The notes: a model not told the origin generated them from the letters alone. Shown: positions 39,238 through 48,365, counted from the first letter of the stretch. The stretch is DNA of 64,000 nt from Pseudomonas sp. (GCF_050739655.1 NZ_JBOIBY010000175.1:1666-65665), one strand, 5' to 3'. Program-made: numbers and translations.

Positions 39238-40523
39238 TCGACCAAGCACTCAGCCGAGTAGACGGCTATCTGAGCGACGCGCAGGCATCCATCCGCGAAG
39301 CACGGGCCTACCCCAGGCCGATCTGTCGACTGGAGGTCGACGGCCGCGACATCACGGCGGCGATCGAGAAGCGCTTGATGAGCATCGAGCTGACCGACAA
39401 CCGCGGACTCACAGCGGACCAGCTCGACGTCACCTTGTCGGACCATGATGGGCGCTTGGTCATTCCACCCAAAGGCGCGACCCTGCGTTTATGGCTGGGC
39501 TGGAGCGACACAGGGCTGGTCGACAAAGGCACATATACGGTCGACGAAACGGAACACAGCGGCGCGCCAGATCAGCTGAACATTCGAGCGCGCAGCGTGG
39601 ATCTGGGTGCAGGATTGAAAGCCAAACGGGAGCGAAGCTGGCACTCCGAAACGATCGAGACGGTTGTGCAGGCCATTGCCGGAGCCTACGGCCTCGGGCC
39701 TTTGGTCAGCGCCGCCCTGAGCGCGATCCAGGTGGTGCACCTCGACCAGGCCAACGAGTCAGACGCGAACCTGCTTTCACGCCTGGGACAAGAGCACGAT
39801 GCGATCGCTACGGTGAAAGCGGGCAAGCTGCTATTCATGCCGATCGGCAACGGCACAAGTGCCAGCGGCCTTGCTTTGCCACACATCACCCTCACCCGGC
39901 GGGACGGCGACCAGCACCGATTCTTGCAGGCGGATAGAGACAGCTACACAGGCGTACGGGCGTTCTATTACGACGTCAACAGTGCGGAGAAAAAGGAAGC
40001 AATCTCCGGGGGCGGTGACAATATCAAGGATCTGCGCCACTCCTATACGGATCAAAAAAGCGCCCTGGTAGCTGCCCGTGCCGAGTGGAACAAACTGCAG
40101 CGTGGAACTGCCACGCTCAGTTACTCACTGGCTCGCGGCCGTCCTGAGCTCACGCCAGAACTCACTTATTCGCTGACTGGCATCAAGCAAGAAATCGCGG
40201 ACGTGATCTGGCTGGGCGGCAACGTGAAACATAGCTTCACGGCCGACTCGTTCACTACAAGTCTTGAACTCGAGTCGATGCTGCCTGACGGGGACGAGGT
40301 AGCCGAACTCGCGGACGACAGCGGCGATTACACCGGCATTGTTGCGTGGTACCGCGATGAGAAAAGCGGCCAGCAGCAGAAGCTGAGCGAGGGAGATCAG
40401 AGCAAGCCTAAGCGATTGACGCACCTTTATGAGAGCAAGGCGTCAGCACAACGGGCCGTGGATAGGGAGTACAAGCGGCTGCAAGCCAAGAATGGGGCTG
40501 ATGTCCCAGGCACCCCGACGTGA
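39234..40523 (+). CDS. Baseplate hub / late control protein D (P2 gpD)
   Basis: LTDNRG..ADQL, LGW, GAPD, DQANESD. Confidence 0.92.
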   Translation: MIDQALSRVDGYLSDAQASIREARAYPRPICRLEVDGRDITAAIEKRLMSIELTDNRGLTADQLDVTLSDHDGRLVIPPKGATLRLWLGWSDTGLVDKGTYTVDETEHSGAPDQLNIRARSVDLGAGLKAKRERSWHSETIETVVQAIAGAYGLGPLVSAALSAIQVVHLDQANESDANLLSRLGQEHDAIATVKAGKLLFMPIGNGTSASGLALPHITLTRRDGDQHRFLQADRDSYTGVRAFYYDVNSAEKKEAISGGGDNIKDLRHSYTDQKSALVAARAEWNKLQRGTATLSYSLARGRPELTPELTYSLTGIKQEIADVIWLGGNVKHSFTADSFTTSLELESMLPDGDEVAELADDSGDYTGIVAWYRDEKSGQQQKLSEGDQSKPKRLTHLYESKASAQRAVDREYKRLQAKNGADVPGTPT

Positions 40524-40553
40524 TGAGCCGGGGTGCGGTGAATGGGTCGGCGG

Positions 40554-40727
40554 TCAATCCGTCTGGGCCATCATCTCCGCAATCCGGTAGATATGGCTCT
40601 GATCGCTCTCCGACATTCTTCGATACATGCTCAACAAAATGCACTCCAGCTGCGTCAACTGAGAGGCGGAACATTCTCTGTCCCGAACGTCCTGTTCAAG
40701 TTGCTCCAAAACGCCTCGATCCAACAT
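40554..40727 (-). CDS. 57-aa protein resembling the repressor C-terminal domain
   Basis: AGGAG RBS 8 nt before ATG 40727; MLDRGVLEQ...; aligns by eye with the C-terminus of 40832-41218. Confidence 0.7.
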   Translation of the reverse strand: MLDRGVLEQLEQDVRDRECSASQLTQLECILLSMYRRMSESDQSHIYRIAEMMAQTD

Positions 40728-40831
40728 GCTCACTACTCCTAAAAGCCGCAGAGGATCGTCTAAATCACGACTTTCCGAAGCCCCAGGTGAGCACTCTTTC
40801 GTATGGTTGCAGTAGAGGCCGCGCTGCACTT

Positions 40832-41218
40832 TCACTCCAGCGGACGCGAGCCCTGCGATTCTTTCGCTGCCATTTCGGCCAAGCCGGTGGCGACTCGGTG
40901 GACCACGATCTGATCAGCAGGGCTCAGCGAACGAATGCAGGTCAGCACCTCACTTTCGATCGTCGTCTGCGTTCCCGCAGCTGTGTCCCGCCGGCCGAAA
41001 AGAACATAAATCACGTCCACACCAATTTTCGAAATTGCCAACAGGTAAGCCGTGTCCGGTCTCTGTCGATCGTTCTCGTAATTGCCTTGGGAGTTACGTT
41101 TCACACCGCCTATATCAGCGAAATCGTTTTGATTGATTCCAAGCCGGTCGCGCTCTTCCCGGAGCCGCTCGCCCAAAGTTTTTTCCAAGGATTCTCCGGT
41201 TACACAAATTTTTGGCAT
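40832..41218 (-). CDS. Phage immunity repressor (XRE/HTH_3)
   Basis: LGERLREERDRLGINQ...GGV.RNSQGNYE...R.PD HTH; divergent from the lytic regulator; start uncertain. Confidence 0.85.
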   Translation of the reverse strand: MPKICVTGESLEKTLGERLREERDRLGINQNDFADIGGVKRNSQGNYENDRQRPDTAYLLAISKIGVDVIYVLFGRRDTAAGTQTTIESEVLTCIRSLSPADQIVVHRVATGLAEMAAKESQGSRPLE

Positions 41219-41282
41219 GCGCCGCTTTACACAGCCAAATTCTTGGGCATAATGATGGCACACACAACACGATTGAACACAC

Positions 41283-41492
41283 ATGAACACTATGCCCGTC
41301 CTCCTTACAGCGGAGCAAGCCCGCGCAGAACTTGACCGCAATGGGATAACCATTGCGCATTTCTGCCGTGAACATGGCTTGAACAAAAATTTGGTCAGCG
41401 ATTTGTTGAACGGTCGCAAGAAGGGCGTGCGAGGCGAGGCCCGACGAGCAGCCGTGCTCCTGAAAATCAAAGACGGTGTGATTTCAAATTAA
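41283..41492 (+). CDS. Small Cro/Cox-position DNA-binding protein
   Basis: GITIAHFCREHG..VSDLLNG..KG.RG; divergent from the repressor. Confidence 0.8.
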   Translation: MNTMPVLLTAEQARAELDRNGITIAHFCREHGLNKNLVSDLLNGRKKGVRGEARRAAVLLKIKDGVISN

Positions 41493-41521
41493 TGGCATTT
41501 GGCCACGCGAGAAACCAGAAG

Positions 41522-41995
41522 ATGAAACGCACCGTTCTAGAAACCCGCAGGCAGGTCGTAAGCGCAGTGATTTGCGCGTATCCGGGCGGTCGTGAATGCG
41601 CCGCTCCGCGCTTGGGGCTGTCGGTCAAGAAGTTCGACAACCATGCCTACGAAAACGCGGGTAGTCGGCCGCTTACTGATGAGCAGATCTGCCTACTGGA
41701 ATCACAGACCGGGACCACTCACCTTCCCGATTTCGTCTGCAACCTGTACGGCGGCGTTTTCGTTCCGGTTGCTGAAGCTGGGCAACTGGACAACGTCGAC
41801 CTGTACGCCCGCTCGATCAATACAGCGGTTAAGCGTGGCCTCGTCGACGCCATCATTTCTAAAGCACTCCAAGACGGCGTCATCCAGGACGACGAAGTGC
41901 AGGCCATTCTCGCTGCCCACCGTGCGCACGTTGCAGCCAGACATGAAGAGATCACCGCAGTGATCGTTCTGCACCGGGAAAACCCGGGCAGCTAG
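41522..41995 (+). CDS. CII/YmfL-like phage regulatory protein
   Basis: YPGGRECAA..LG, KFDN, GGVFV, ALQDGVI..DE. Confidence 0.7.
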   Translation: MKRTVLETRRQVVSAVICAYPGGRECAAPRLGLSVKKFDNHAYENAGSRPLTDEQICLLESQTGTTHLPDFVCNLYGGVFVPVAEAGQLDNVDLYARSINTAVKRGLVDAIISKALQDGVIQDDEVQAILAAHRAHVAARHEEITAVIVLHRENPGS

Positions 41996-42072
41996 GAATT
42001 TGAAACAGGCGCTGGAAGCGTCGCCATTTTTCGGCGTCAGCCGAAGGCCGCGATTAGCGGCGGGGAGAAAAA

Positions 42073-42354
42073 GTGAGCACTTACAAGCTGGTATGTCCGC
42101 ACTGCCGGGAGCGAATGCGCATCCGGACCAGTGAAGGCACGCATATCTTTTTGCGTATTGCCTACCTGCAATGCATCAACGAGGCCTGCGGTTGGTCGGT
42201 TCGGGCTGAGTTCGAAATGACTCATGAAATGAGTCCTTCGGGCATGCCAAACCCGGCTGTCTGCTTGCCAGTGGCTCCTGTCGCTATTCGCCGGCAAGCG
42301 ATGAAGAAGGAAGGCGAACACCAGATGGACCTACTCGGACTGGAGTCAGCGTGA
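42073..42354 (+). CDS. ogr: Ogr/Delta-like zinc-finger late activator
   Basis: CPHC...IRTS...YLQCINEACG...SPS. Confidence 0.88.
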   Translation: MSTYKLVCPHCRERMRIRTSEGTHIFLRIAYLQCINEACGWSVRAEFEMTHEMSPSGMPNPAVCLPVAPVAIRRQAMKKEGEHQMDLLGLESA

Positions 42355-42728
42355 TGAACACCATGATCAACGAGCAAAACCACGAGCACGAATACCGCGC
42401 CACCTTGCAAAGTGCCGCGCTCTCCTACATGCAACGTCACCAGGCCGAACACCTGGGCAATGATCAGCAGCTGTTTACCCGTACCGTTTCGCACCTGCAG
42501 GCCTCACTTGAGGTTCCGGTTTACCTTGCCGAAATCCTTACAGGTCTCGCTTACGTTGATCTGCGCTCGAGCGCTGACCAGCAGCGTCTCGACTTGAGAA
42601 ACAGCACCGAGTCAGTCGCTGTTCTCTTCGACCAGACTAGCGGCAAGTCTTTTGCCATTCCGGTCGCGCTGATTTTCCAACACCTGTTTGATGCCTCCGG
42701 GCAACGCCAGAAAGCCCCATTTAACTGA
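42351..42728 (+). CDS. Hypothetical phage protein
   Basis: Coupled to ogr; GGAG RBS. Confidence 0.6.
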   Translation: MMNTMINEQNHEHEYRATLQSAALSYMQRHQAEHLGNDQQLFTRTVSHLQASLEVPVYLAEILTGLAYVDLRSSADQQRLDLRNSTESVAVLFDQTSGKSFAIPVALIFQHLFDASGQRQKAPFN

Positions 42729-42791
42729 CCGAACTGCTCCACCGCTCGCGTGTGGGTTTGGGCGAATTGCGCCTGAAATCAGGGGAAAGCC

Positions 42792-43025
42792 ATGAATACA
42801 GCAGTTTCCATCCGGATGGACCTGAGCGAAAGCCTCGCAGAAGCGCTGCAGCAGGAGCTCCGTGAGCGCCTGCGGATTGGCATTCAGGAGCATTGGTACT
42901 CAGACGAATTTCGTCGGATCCCTAATGGTCTGCGCACCGGCGCGATTCTCTCGGCCTACCCCGCTCTGGCGGCTCAAAAGACAACTCTCGGCGCCCTTCG
43001 GGTCGCCATCAGAAAGCAGGCGTGA
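42792..43025 (+). CDS. Hypothetical phage protein
   Basis: 77 aa, AGGGG RBS, overlaps the primase start. Confidence 0.6.
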   Translation: MNTAVSIRMDLSESLAEALQQELRERLRIGIQEHWYSDEFRRIPNGLRTGAILSAYPALAAQKTTLGALRVAIRKQA

Positions 43026-45832
43026 AGATGGAACAGCAAATCCGGGGCGACATACTGACCCGACTCGAATTCGATTACGGCTTGCGGCACCGCACAGGCA
43101 CCGACTTCATGCGCGGCGGCACCTGCCCTGCTTGCAACAAGAAGGAACTGTATTCCAGCTTCGAGAAGCCGTGGTTCATCAAGTGCGGCCGTGAGAGCAA
43201 GTGCGGACAGCAGTGGCATGTCAAAGAGCTGTATGCCGACCTGTTTGACGACTGGAGCAAACGTGCGCCGGCAACAGATGACCAACCGACCGCCAGTGCC
43301 CGCGCCTATATGGAATTCGCTCGCGGATTCAAGATCGATCTAGTCGCAGGGTTGTTCACCCAGGAAAACTATTTTGATCGCGTGCTGAATATCGGTTCGG
43401 CCACCGTCCGGTTTCCGCTCGAGCACGGCGGGTATTGGGAGCGCCTGATTGACCAGCCCCAGCGTTTCGGTAAAAAGAAGGCACGCTTCAAGCCGGGCGA
43501 GTCGTACAAAGGTTATTGGTGGTGCTCCCCCTACGTTGACCTGACGCAGACTTCCGAGCTTTGGATTGTCGAGGGCATCTTTGACGCGATCGCCCTGCAG
43601 CACAATGAGATCGATGCGGTCGCTGCGATGTCATCGAATGCGTTTCCAGAGGCCTCGCTGAAGGCGCTTGTCGCTGCTCGAGCAGGCAATCTGCCGAGGC
43701 TCGTCTGGGCATTGGACAACGAGCCAGGTGCGCACCGATACACCCGCAAATGGGTCGCCATGGCCCGCTCAATGGGTTTCGAGTGCACTGCGGCGCAGAT
43801 TCCGCAGCGCGATGCGCGGAAGGTGGACTGGAACGACCTGCATCAGCGATGGGCATTCGTCAGTGATGGAGCCGATCGCAAGCGGCGCACTGAAGCTGAC
43901 CTCAACGAGGCCCGCCATCACGGTGCCTTGCTCATCGCCGAAAGCGCATCCGAAAAGGCTCTGCTGATTTACGACTGGCGCGAGCGCGAGGAATTTCACT
44001 TTGGTTTCGAATCCCGCCTGTATTGGTGGAAGCTGGACATCAGCAAATTCAACAATGCCATGCAGGCTCTGGAGACCAGCGAAAACCACGAAGAGCAGCA
44101 GCTGAACAATAAAGCGATGCGTGAAAAAGCGCTGCGCATGTCCGGCTGCGTGGTCGAGATCGCCAACTGCTACCCCCAGGCGCTGTACTTCCAACGCAAC
44201 GAGATCACGGACGAGTCCTGGTACTTCTTCCGCGTCGACTTTCCACACGACGGCGGCTCAGTGAAGAACACCTTTACCGGTGGGCAAGTCGCCGCCGCGA
44301 GCGAATTCAAGAAGCGCCTGCTGGGCATGGCCGCCGGCGCAGTATTCACCGGCAGCGGCCAGCAGCTCGACAAGATCATGAAGGACCAGCTGTTTGCGAT
44401 CAAAACAGTCCAGACGATCGACTTTGTCGGGTACAGCAAGGAATACGCCTGCTACGTGTATGGCGACCTGGCGGTAAAGGATGGCCAGGTGGTGGACGTC
44501 AACGACGAAGAGTTTTTCGAGTTCGGCAAACTGCGCCTGAAAACCCTGCAACGTGCGGTGCCGGTGCGGATCCAGCGTGATCCGAAGGAATACAGCGACG
44601 AATGGGCGAAGCTGCTGTGGACATGCTTCGGTGCCCAAGGTGTTGTCGCGCTGACGTTCTGGTTCGGATCGCTGTTCGCCGAGCAGATCCGCGCTCGCTA
44701 CCAATCCTTTCCCTTCCTGGAAGCCACCGGCGAGGCCGGAGCCGGTAAAACCACCCTGCTCAACTTGCTTTGGAAGTTGCTGGGCCGGGCCGGCTATGAA
44801 GGTTTTGACCCGTCGAAATCTACGAAGGCCGGTCGGAGCCGATTGATGGGCCAGGTGTCCGGCATGCCGGTGGTGCTGCTTGAGTCCGATCGGAGCGGCG
44901 ACGACAAGTCCCACGCGAAAAACTTCGAATGGGATGAGCTGAAGGACTATTTCGGCGGCGGCACCCTAGCGACGAAGGGCGTTAAAACCGCCGGCAACGA
45001 AACCTACGAGCCACCGTTCCGGGGCACGATCGCCATCAGCCAGAACGCGCCGGTGATTGCCTCCGAGGCAATCATGACGCGAATTGTGAAGCTGCATTTC
45101 GTTCGGCCGAACGTGACACCAGACAGCCGAGCCGCGGCTGATCGGCTGACCGCCTTGGATGGCTCGAAGCTGAGCCACTTCCTGCTGCAGGCGGTGAAGA
45201 GTGAAAGCGATGTCATGGCCACCCTTGCCGACAAGATTCCGGCCCATGAGGCACGCCTGCGTCGGCTACATACTCACTGCATCAGTTGCGACACCGAGTT
45301 CCCCGCGAATAACGAAAAGGCCGCATGCCAGCACTGCGGCAACCAGTTGCGAGGCTACATCCGGGTCGAGCGCATTGTAAAAAACCACGCCCAACTGCTC
45401 GGCCTGGTCGACTGCATTCGCTCGCTGGTACCGCTTTCAGATGCCCAGATCAGCGCAACCCAGCGCTGCATAGTCTCGATGGCCATTGAGCGACAAAGCT
45501 CAATCAGCGCAGACCATCCTGTTGTCGCGGAATTCTGGGAGGTTTACGACTATCTCCAAGGCCTCGACGCCGACGGTCCAGTGGTCAATCACAGCAAGAA
45601 AGACAACGTCATCGCTATCAACCTTAACGAGTTCGTCGAGCGCGCTGCAGAACACCGCCAGAAGCTGGCCGACGTCAGCGAGTTGCGCGATCGCCTGAAG
45701 GAATCCCGCTGCCGCAAATTCCTGGAATCGAATAAGGCCGTCGACAGCGCCGTACGCGCGTACCAAGCCACGCGCAGTAACAACACGATCACCAAGTCAC
45801 CCACCGTCAAATGCTGGATGTTCCAGGCGTAG
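43022..45832 (+). CDS. Zn-finger/TOPRIM primase-helicase
   Basis: N-terminal CPAC...C...C; TOPRIM IVEGIFDA, LDNE, DWND; Walker A GEAGAGKT. Confidence 0.88.
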   Translation: MKMEQQIRGDILTRLEFDYGLRHRTGTDFMRGGTCPACNKKELYSSFEKPWFIKCGRESKCGQQWHVKELYADLFDDWSKRAPATDDQPTASARAYMEFARGFKIDLVAGLFTQENYFDRVLNIGSATVRFPLEHGGYWERLIDQPQRFGKKKARFKPGESYKGYWWCSPYVDLTQTSELWIVEGIFDAIALQHNEIDAVAAMSSNAFPEASLKALVAARAGNLPRLVWALDNEPGAHRYTRKWVAMARSMGFECTAAQIPQRDARKVDWNDLHQRWAFVSDGADRKRRTEADLNEARHHGALLIAESASEKALLIYDWREREEFHFGFESRLYWWKLDISKFNNAMQALETSENHEEQQLNNKAMREKALRMSGCVVEIANCYPQALYFQRNEITDESWYFFRVDFPHDGGSVKNTFTGGQVAAASEFKKRLLGMAAGAVFTGSGQQLDKIMKDQLFAIKTVQTIDFVGYSKEYACYVYGDLAVKDGQVVDVNDEEFFEFGKLRLKTLQRAVPVRIQRDPKEYSDEWAKLLWTCFGAQGVVALTFWFGSLFAEQIRARYQSFPFLEATGEAGAGKTTLLNLLWKLLGRAGYEGFDPSKSTKAGRSRLMGQVSGMPVVLLESDRSGDDKSHAKNFEWDELKDYFGGGTLATKGVKTAGNETYEPPFRGTIAISQNAPVIASEAIMTRIVKLHFVRPNVTPDSRAAADRLTALDGSKLSHFLLQAVKSESDVMATLADKIPAHEARLRRLHTHCISCDTEFPANNEKAACQHCGNQLRGYIRVERIVKNHAQLLGLVDCIRSLVPLSDAQISATQRCIVSMAIERQSSISADHPVVAEFWEVYDYLQGLDADGPVVNHSKKDNVIAINLNEFVERAAEHRQKLADVSELRDRLKESRCRKFLESNKAVDSAVRAYQATRSNNTITKSPTVKCWMFQA

Positions 45833-45871
45833 GGCTGCAACCCGCGTCGACAGCCCTGAAAGGAGAGAACC

Positions 45872-46180
45872 ATGCAGATTCAAGTCGTTGCCGGCACTGA
45901 ATGTGGTGATGCGAAAAGCCTCAAGGACCCCATCTCCCAACTGCTCAGAGAGTTCGGGAACGATCACTGTAAAACGGTGCAGGCCGAAGCCTACGGTGCG
46001 AACGGATTGGTAGACATTTTGGAGGTACGGGCTACGGACGGTCAGCGCGAGATTCTGGTGCTGAATTGCTCCCGGCTGCAGATCCAAGCGGTTTTGGAGT
46101 GGCAGTCATGCAGCGAAGACACGACCGAATTTGAAGACCTGGTGCTGCACCTGGTGCGATTGCCAGACAGCAACCAATAA
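45872..46180 (+). CDS. Hypothetical phage protein
   Basis: 102 aa after leader repeat 1. Confidence 0.7.
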   Translation: MQIQVVAGTECGDAKSLKDPISQLLREFGNDHCKTVQAEAYGANGLVDILEVRATDGQREILVLNCSRLQIQAVLEWQSCSEDTTEFEDLVLHLVRLPDSNQ

Positions 46181-46217
46181 CGCCGGCTGCAACCGGCACT
46201 TTTGAAAGGAGAGAACC

Positions 46218-46355
46218 ATGCGCAACACAGAGCAGCTTGAACAACCCGAACGCGGCGCCCTACTTGGGCAATTGATCGGCGCAGTCTTGACGGTGGCGTT
46301 GATTGCCATCGTCGCGGTCCAGGTGCCGGATTTGATGATCTGGATGCTCAGCTGA
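46218..46355 (+). CDS. 45-aa small membrane protein (not in ORF track)
   Basis: MRNTEQLEQPERGALLGQLIGAVLTVALIAIVAVQVPDLMIWMLS after leader repeat 2. Confidence 0.7.
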   Translation: MRNTEQLEQPERGALLGQLIGAVLTVALIAIVAVQVPDLMIWMLS

Positions 46356-46424
46356 GAATCCCAAAAAGTTGGTGCCATGGGGCTGCAACCCCATGGCACC
46401 CGCCACCCCTGAAAGGAGAGAACC

Positions 46425-46904
46425 ATGCAAGCTCAGACCAATAGCGGCAACGTCGCCGAGGCTACCACCCCTGCAAATCTGAAGCGATATCGTGTTGCTG
46501 AGTCTTGGAAAGACTACGAAGTGACGCTCGAGGTGAACCTTGACGTTCTGACCCAGGAACGCGCGGCCATGATCAACCAATACCTTTCTGATGATAAGAC
46601 CCGCTTGATGGAGGAAAGCGACGATGTTGTCCGCGTCGCTGTTCGCCTGGCCGGTTCCACGATGATCAGGATCATGCTGGAGCAAGGGGGAACATCATTC
46701 ACTCCTGCGTCTAAGACTATCTTCGGTGACAACCCGGGCACCAGCTGGACACATGACCTACACAGCGCCGAGGGTTTTGGTGGTTGCGAAGCAGACGAGC
46801 GACCGTACGGGTGGTGCGGTATTCGAGTGATCGGCGCCGACGTCGACGTCCCGGGTTTTTTTGAAGTTGATCTGACTGAAATAGCAGTCTCGGGGGAAGC
46901 CTGA
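46425..46904 (+). CDS. DUF2528-like phage protein
   Basis: W.DYEVTLEV, SAEGFGG, GI motifs; after leader repeat 3. Confidence 0.65.
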   Translation: MQAQTNSGNVAEATTPANLKRYRVAESWKDYEVTLEVNLDVLTQERAAMINQYLSDDKTRLMEESDDVVRVAVRLAGSTMIRIMLEQGGTSFTPASKTIFGDNPGTSWTHDLHSAEGFGGCEADERPYGWCGIRVIGADVDVPGFFEVDLTEIAVSGEA

Positions 46905-46906
46905 CC

Positions 46907-47110
46907 ATGTCTCAGGAACGAATCCGGCCTGCGATGGCCAGCCAGCGCCTCGATCTGCCCAGCGTGTGCGATATCTGCGGCTTTGCACGCTCAACGCGTC
47001 GACACGAAAGCTGCAGCAAGCAGCGTCAGCAGCGGAAAAAAGAAGAATGGGCTGCCCTTATGGCGGAAAGGCTCGCCGTGAGATTGGCAAAAGCCTGTCG
47101 GAAAGCCTGA
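46907..47110 (+). CDS. Small putative Zn-binding protein
   Basis: CDICG..R...RHESCSK. Confidence 0.65.
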   Translation: MSQERIRPAMASQRLDLPSVCDICGFARSTRRHESCSKQRQQRKKEEWAALMAERLAVRLAKACRKA

Positions 47111-47118
47111 TATTAAGG

Positions 47119-47823
47119 ATGGAAACCGTGAACACCATTGCACAACAAGCATTAGAACGAGCCAGGTCACGCGTTGACGCCAGCCCCTCGCAAAAGACAA
47201 CCCATCGCCGACGGTTCTGGACTACAAGCGAGGAGTCGCGCTTGGCGGCACTGTACCCGGCCACACCAATGTCGCAGCTCATTGAACTGCTCGGTCGTCC
47301 GAAGTCCGCCCTTTACGGCAAAGCGAAAGAACTTGGCCTGAAGCGCAGCGCCGAATTTCTGGCTAGCGAACACTCGGGCAGACTTCGCCCAGACGCGAAC
47401 CCGGGTTTGGCCACTCGGTTTCAGAAAGGACATGGCACTTGGAACAAAGGTAAGCCATTTGCCGCCGGCGGCAGATCTGCCGAGACACAATTCACCAGTG
47501 GCCGGCTGCCACACAACCATGTGCCGATCGGCACCGAAGTCATGGCTTCGGACGGGTATATGAAAATCAAGGTGGCCGAACCAAACAAATGGGAGTGGAC
47601 GCACCGCCGCAATTGGGAGGCAGCGCATGGGGCGATCCCGAAGGGCATGGTGTTGGTCTTCAAAACCGCCGATCACTCGAACTGCTGTGTCGACAACCTT
47701 GAACTGATCACTCGGCGCGAGCTTATGAGCCGCAACACGATTCAGCGATTCCCACCCGAGCTTAAGCAAACCATTCGCCTCCTGGGCAAATTGAAAAGAA
47801 CGATCGAGGCCACCAATGAATAA
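47119..47823 (+). CDS. HNH_3-like protein with N-terminal helical DNA-binding segment
   Basis: WTTSEESRL; TRFQKG..WNKG; HRRNWE..HG.IP.G...NC.VDNLELI. Confidence 0.75.
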   Translation: METVNTIAQQALERARSRVDASPSQKTTHRRRFWTTSEESRLAALYPATPMSQLIELLGRPKSALYGKAKELGLKRSAEFLASEHSGRLRPDANPGLATRFQKGHGTWNKGKPFAAGGRSAETQFTSGRLPHNHVPIGTEVMASDGYMKIKVAEPNKWEWTHRRNWEAAHGAIPKGMVLVFKTADHSNCCVDNLELITRRELMSRNTIQRFPPELKQTIRLLGKLKRTIEATNE

Positions 47824-48049
47824 CAAAATGACCGATCTGAGAAACCACCTGTTCGCCACTTTGGAGGCGCTTCAGGACCCGGACAATCCAATGGAAATAG
47901 AGCGAGCCAAAGCGATCGCCGAAGTAGGGAAAGTACTGGTCGACTCAGCTAAGGTTGAGGTGATGTTTCTGAAAGTGATGGACGGTGAGGGCCAAAGCAC
48001 TGGATTCATCGAATCGGAACGAGCGTTGCCAGCGCTGCAGGGGAGATAG
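47816..48049 (+). CDS. Hypothetical phage protein
   Basis: DLRNHLFATLE..., RAKAI...., SAKVE; coupled to the HNH gene. Confidence 0.7.
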   Translation: MNNKMTDLRNHLFATLEALQDPDNPMEIERAKAIAEVGKVLVDSAKVEVMFLKVMDGEGQSTGFIESERALPALQGR

Positions 48050-48054
48050 TTCAG

Positions 48055-48258
48055 GTGAGTAAGTTGGATCGGTTTATGAGGGAGCGGGATGTCATTGCTG
48101 TGACATCCCTGTCACACGCAACGCTATGGCGCGCAATGAAAAGCGGACGATTCCCACGCCCGGTGTCGATATCACCCGGCCGCGTAGGATGGCGCGAGTC
48201 TGCAATCGTAGCCTGGCAGCAAAACCCTGCAGCATGGAAACCAACCGAGGCCGCGTGA
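48055..48258 (+). CDS. AlpA-family excisionase/regulator
   Basis: R..DV...TSLS.ATLWR....GRFPRPV.ISPGRVGW. Confidence 0.88.
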   Translation: MSKLDRFMRERDVIAVTSLSHATLWRAMKSGRFPRPVSISPGRVGWRESAIVAWQQNPAAWKPTEAA

Positions 48259-48274
48259 GCGGCCTCATCTTTTC
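48248..48274 (+). terminator. Probable intrinsic terminator after alpA
   Basis: GAGGCCGC-GTGA-GCGGCCTC followed by ATCTTTTCT. Confidence 0.55.
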
Positions 48275-48365
48275 TCAGTACACTCCTCCACCTGATGTGG
48301 TCTACCCTAGCTCGCAACAGACCACACTAATTCCCACGCTCTACATATACCGGATGCTGATACAG

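Larger units (their letters stand above)
45832..46428 (+). repeat. Three copies of a CTGCAA-loop hairpin followed by an identical 19-nt RBS/start motif
   Basis: TGAAAGGAGAGAACCATGC at 45857, 46203 and 46410, each preceded by a stem-loop with loop CTGCAA (45832-45843, 46182-46197, 46371-46400). Confidence 0.9.

Noticed and set aside
28646..40523. R-type tailocin
   Set aside because: Head, terminase, replication, integrase and att sites are all present, so it is a full prophage
40520..41335. 271-aa plus-strand ORF
   Set aside because: Antisense to the repressor and the 57-aa gene, which have motifs or an RBS; its composition is not protein-like
45832..46428. Repeats as a CRISPR array
   Set aside because: Spacing is irregular (346 and 207 bp), the intervening sequences are ORFs, and no cas genes are present
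47119..47823. HNH gene as an active homing endonuclease or intron
   Set aside because: The expected catalytic His position reads VLVFK, no interrupted host gene or intron structure is visible, and it is coupled into the early operon
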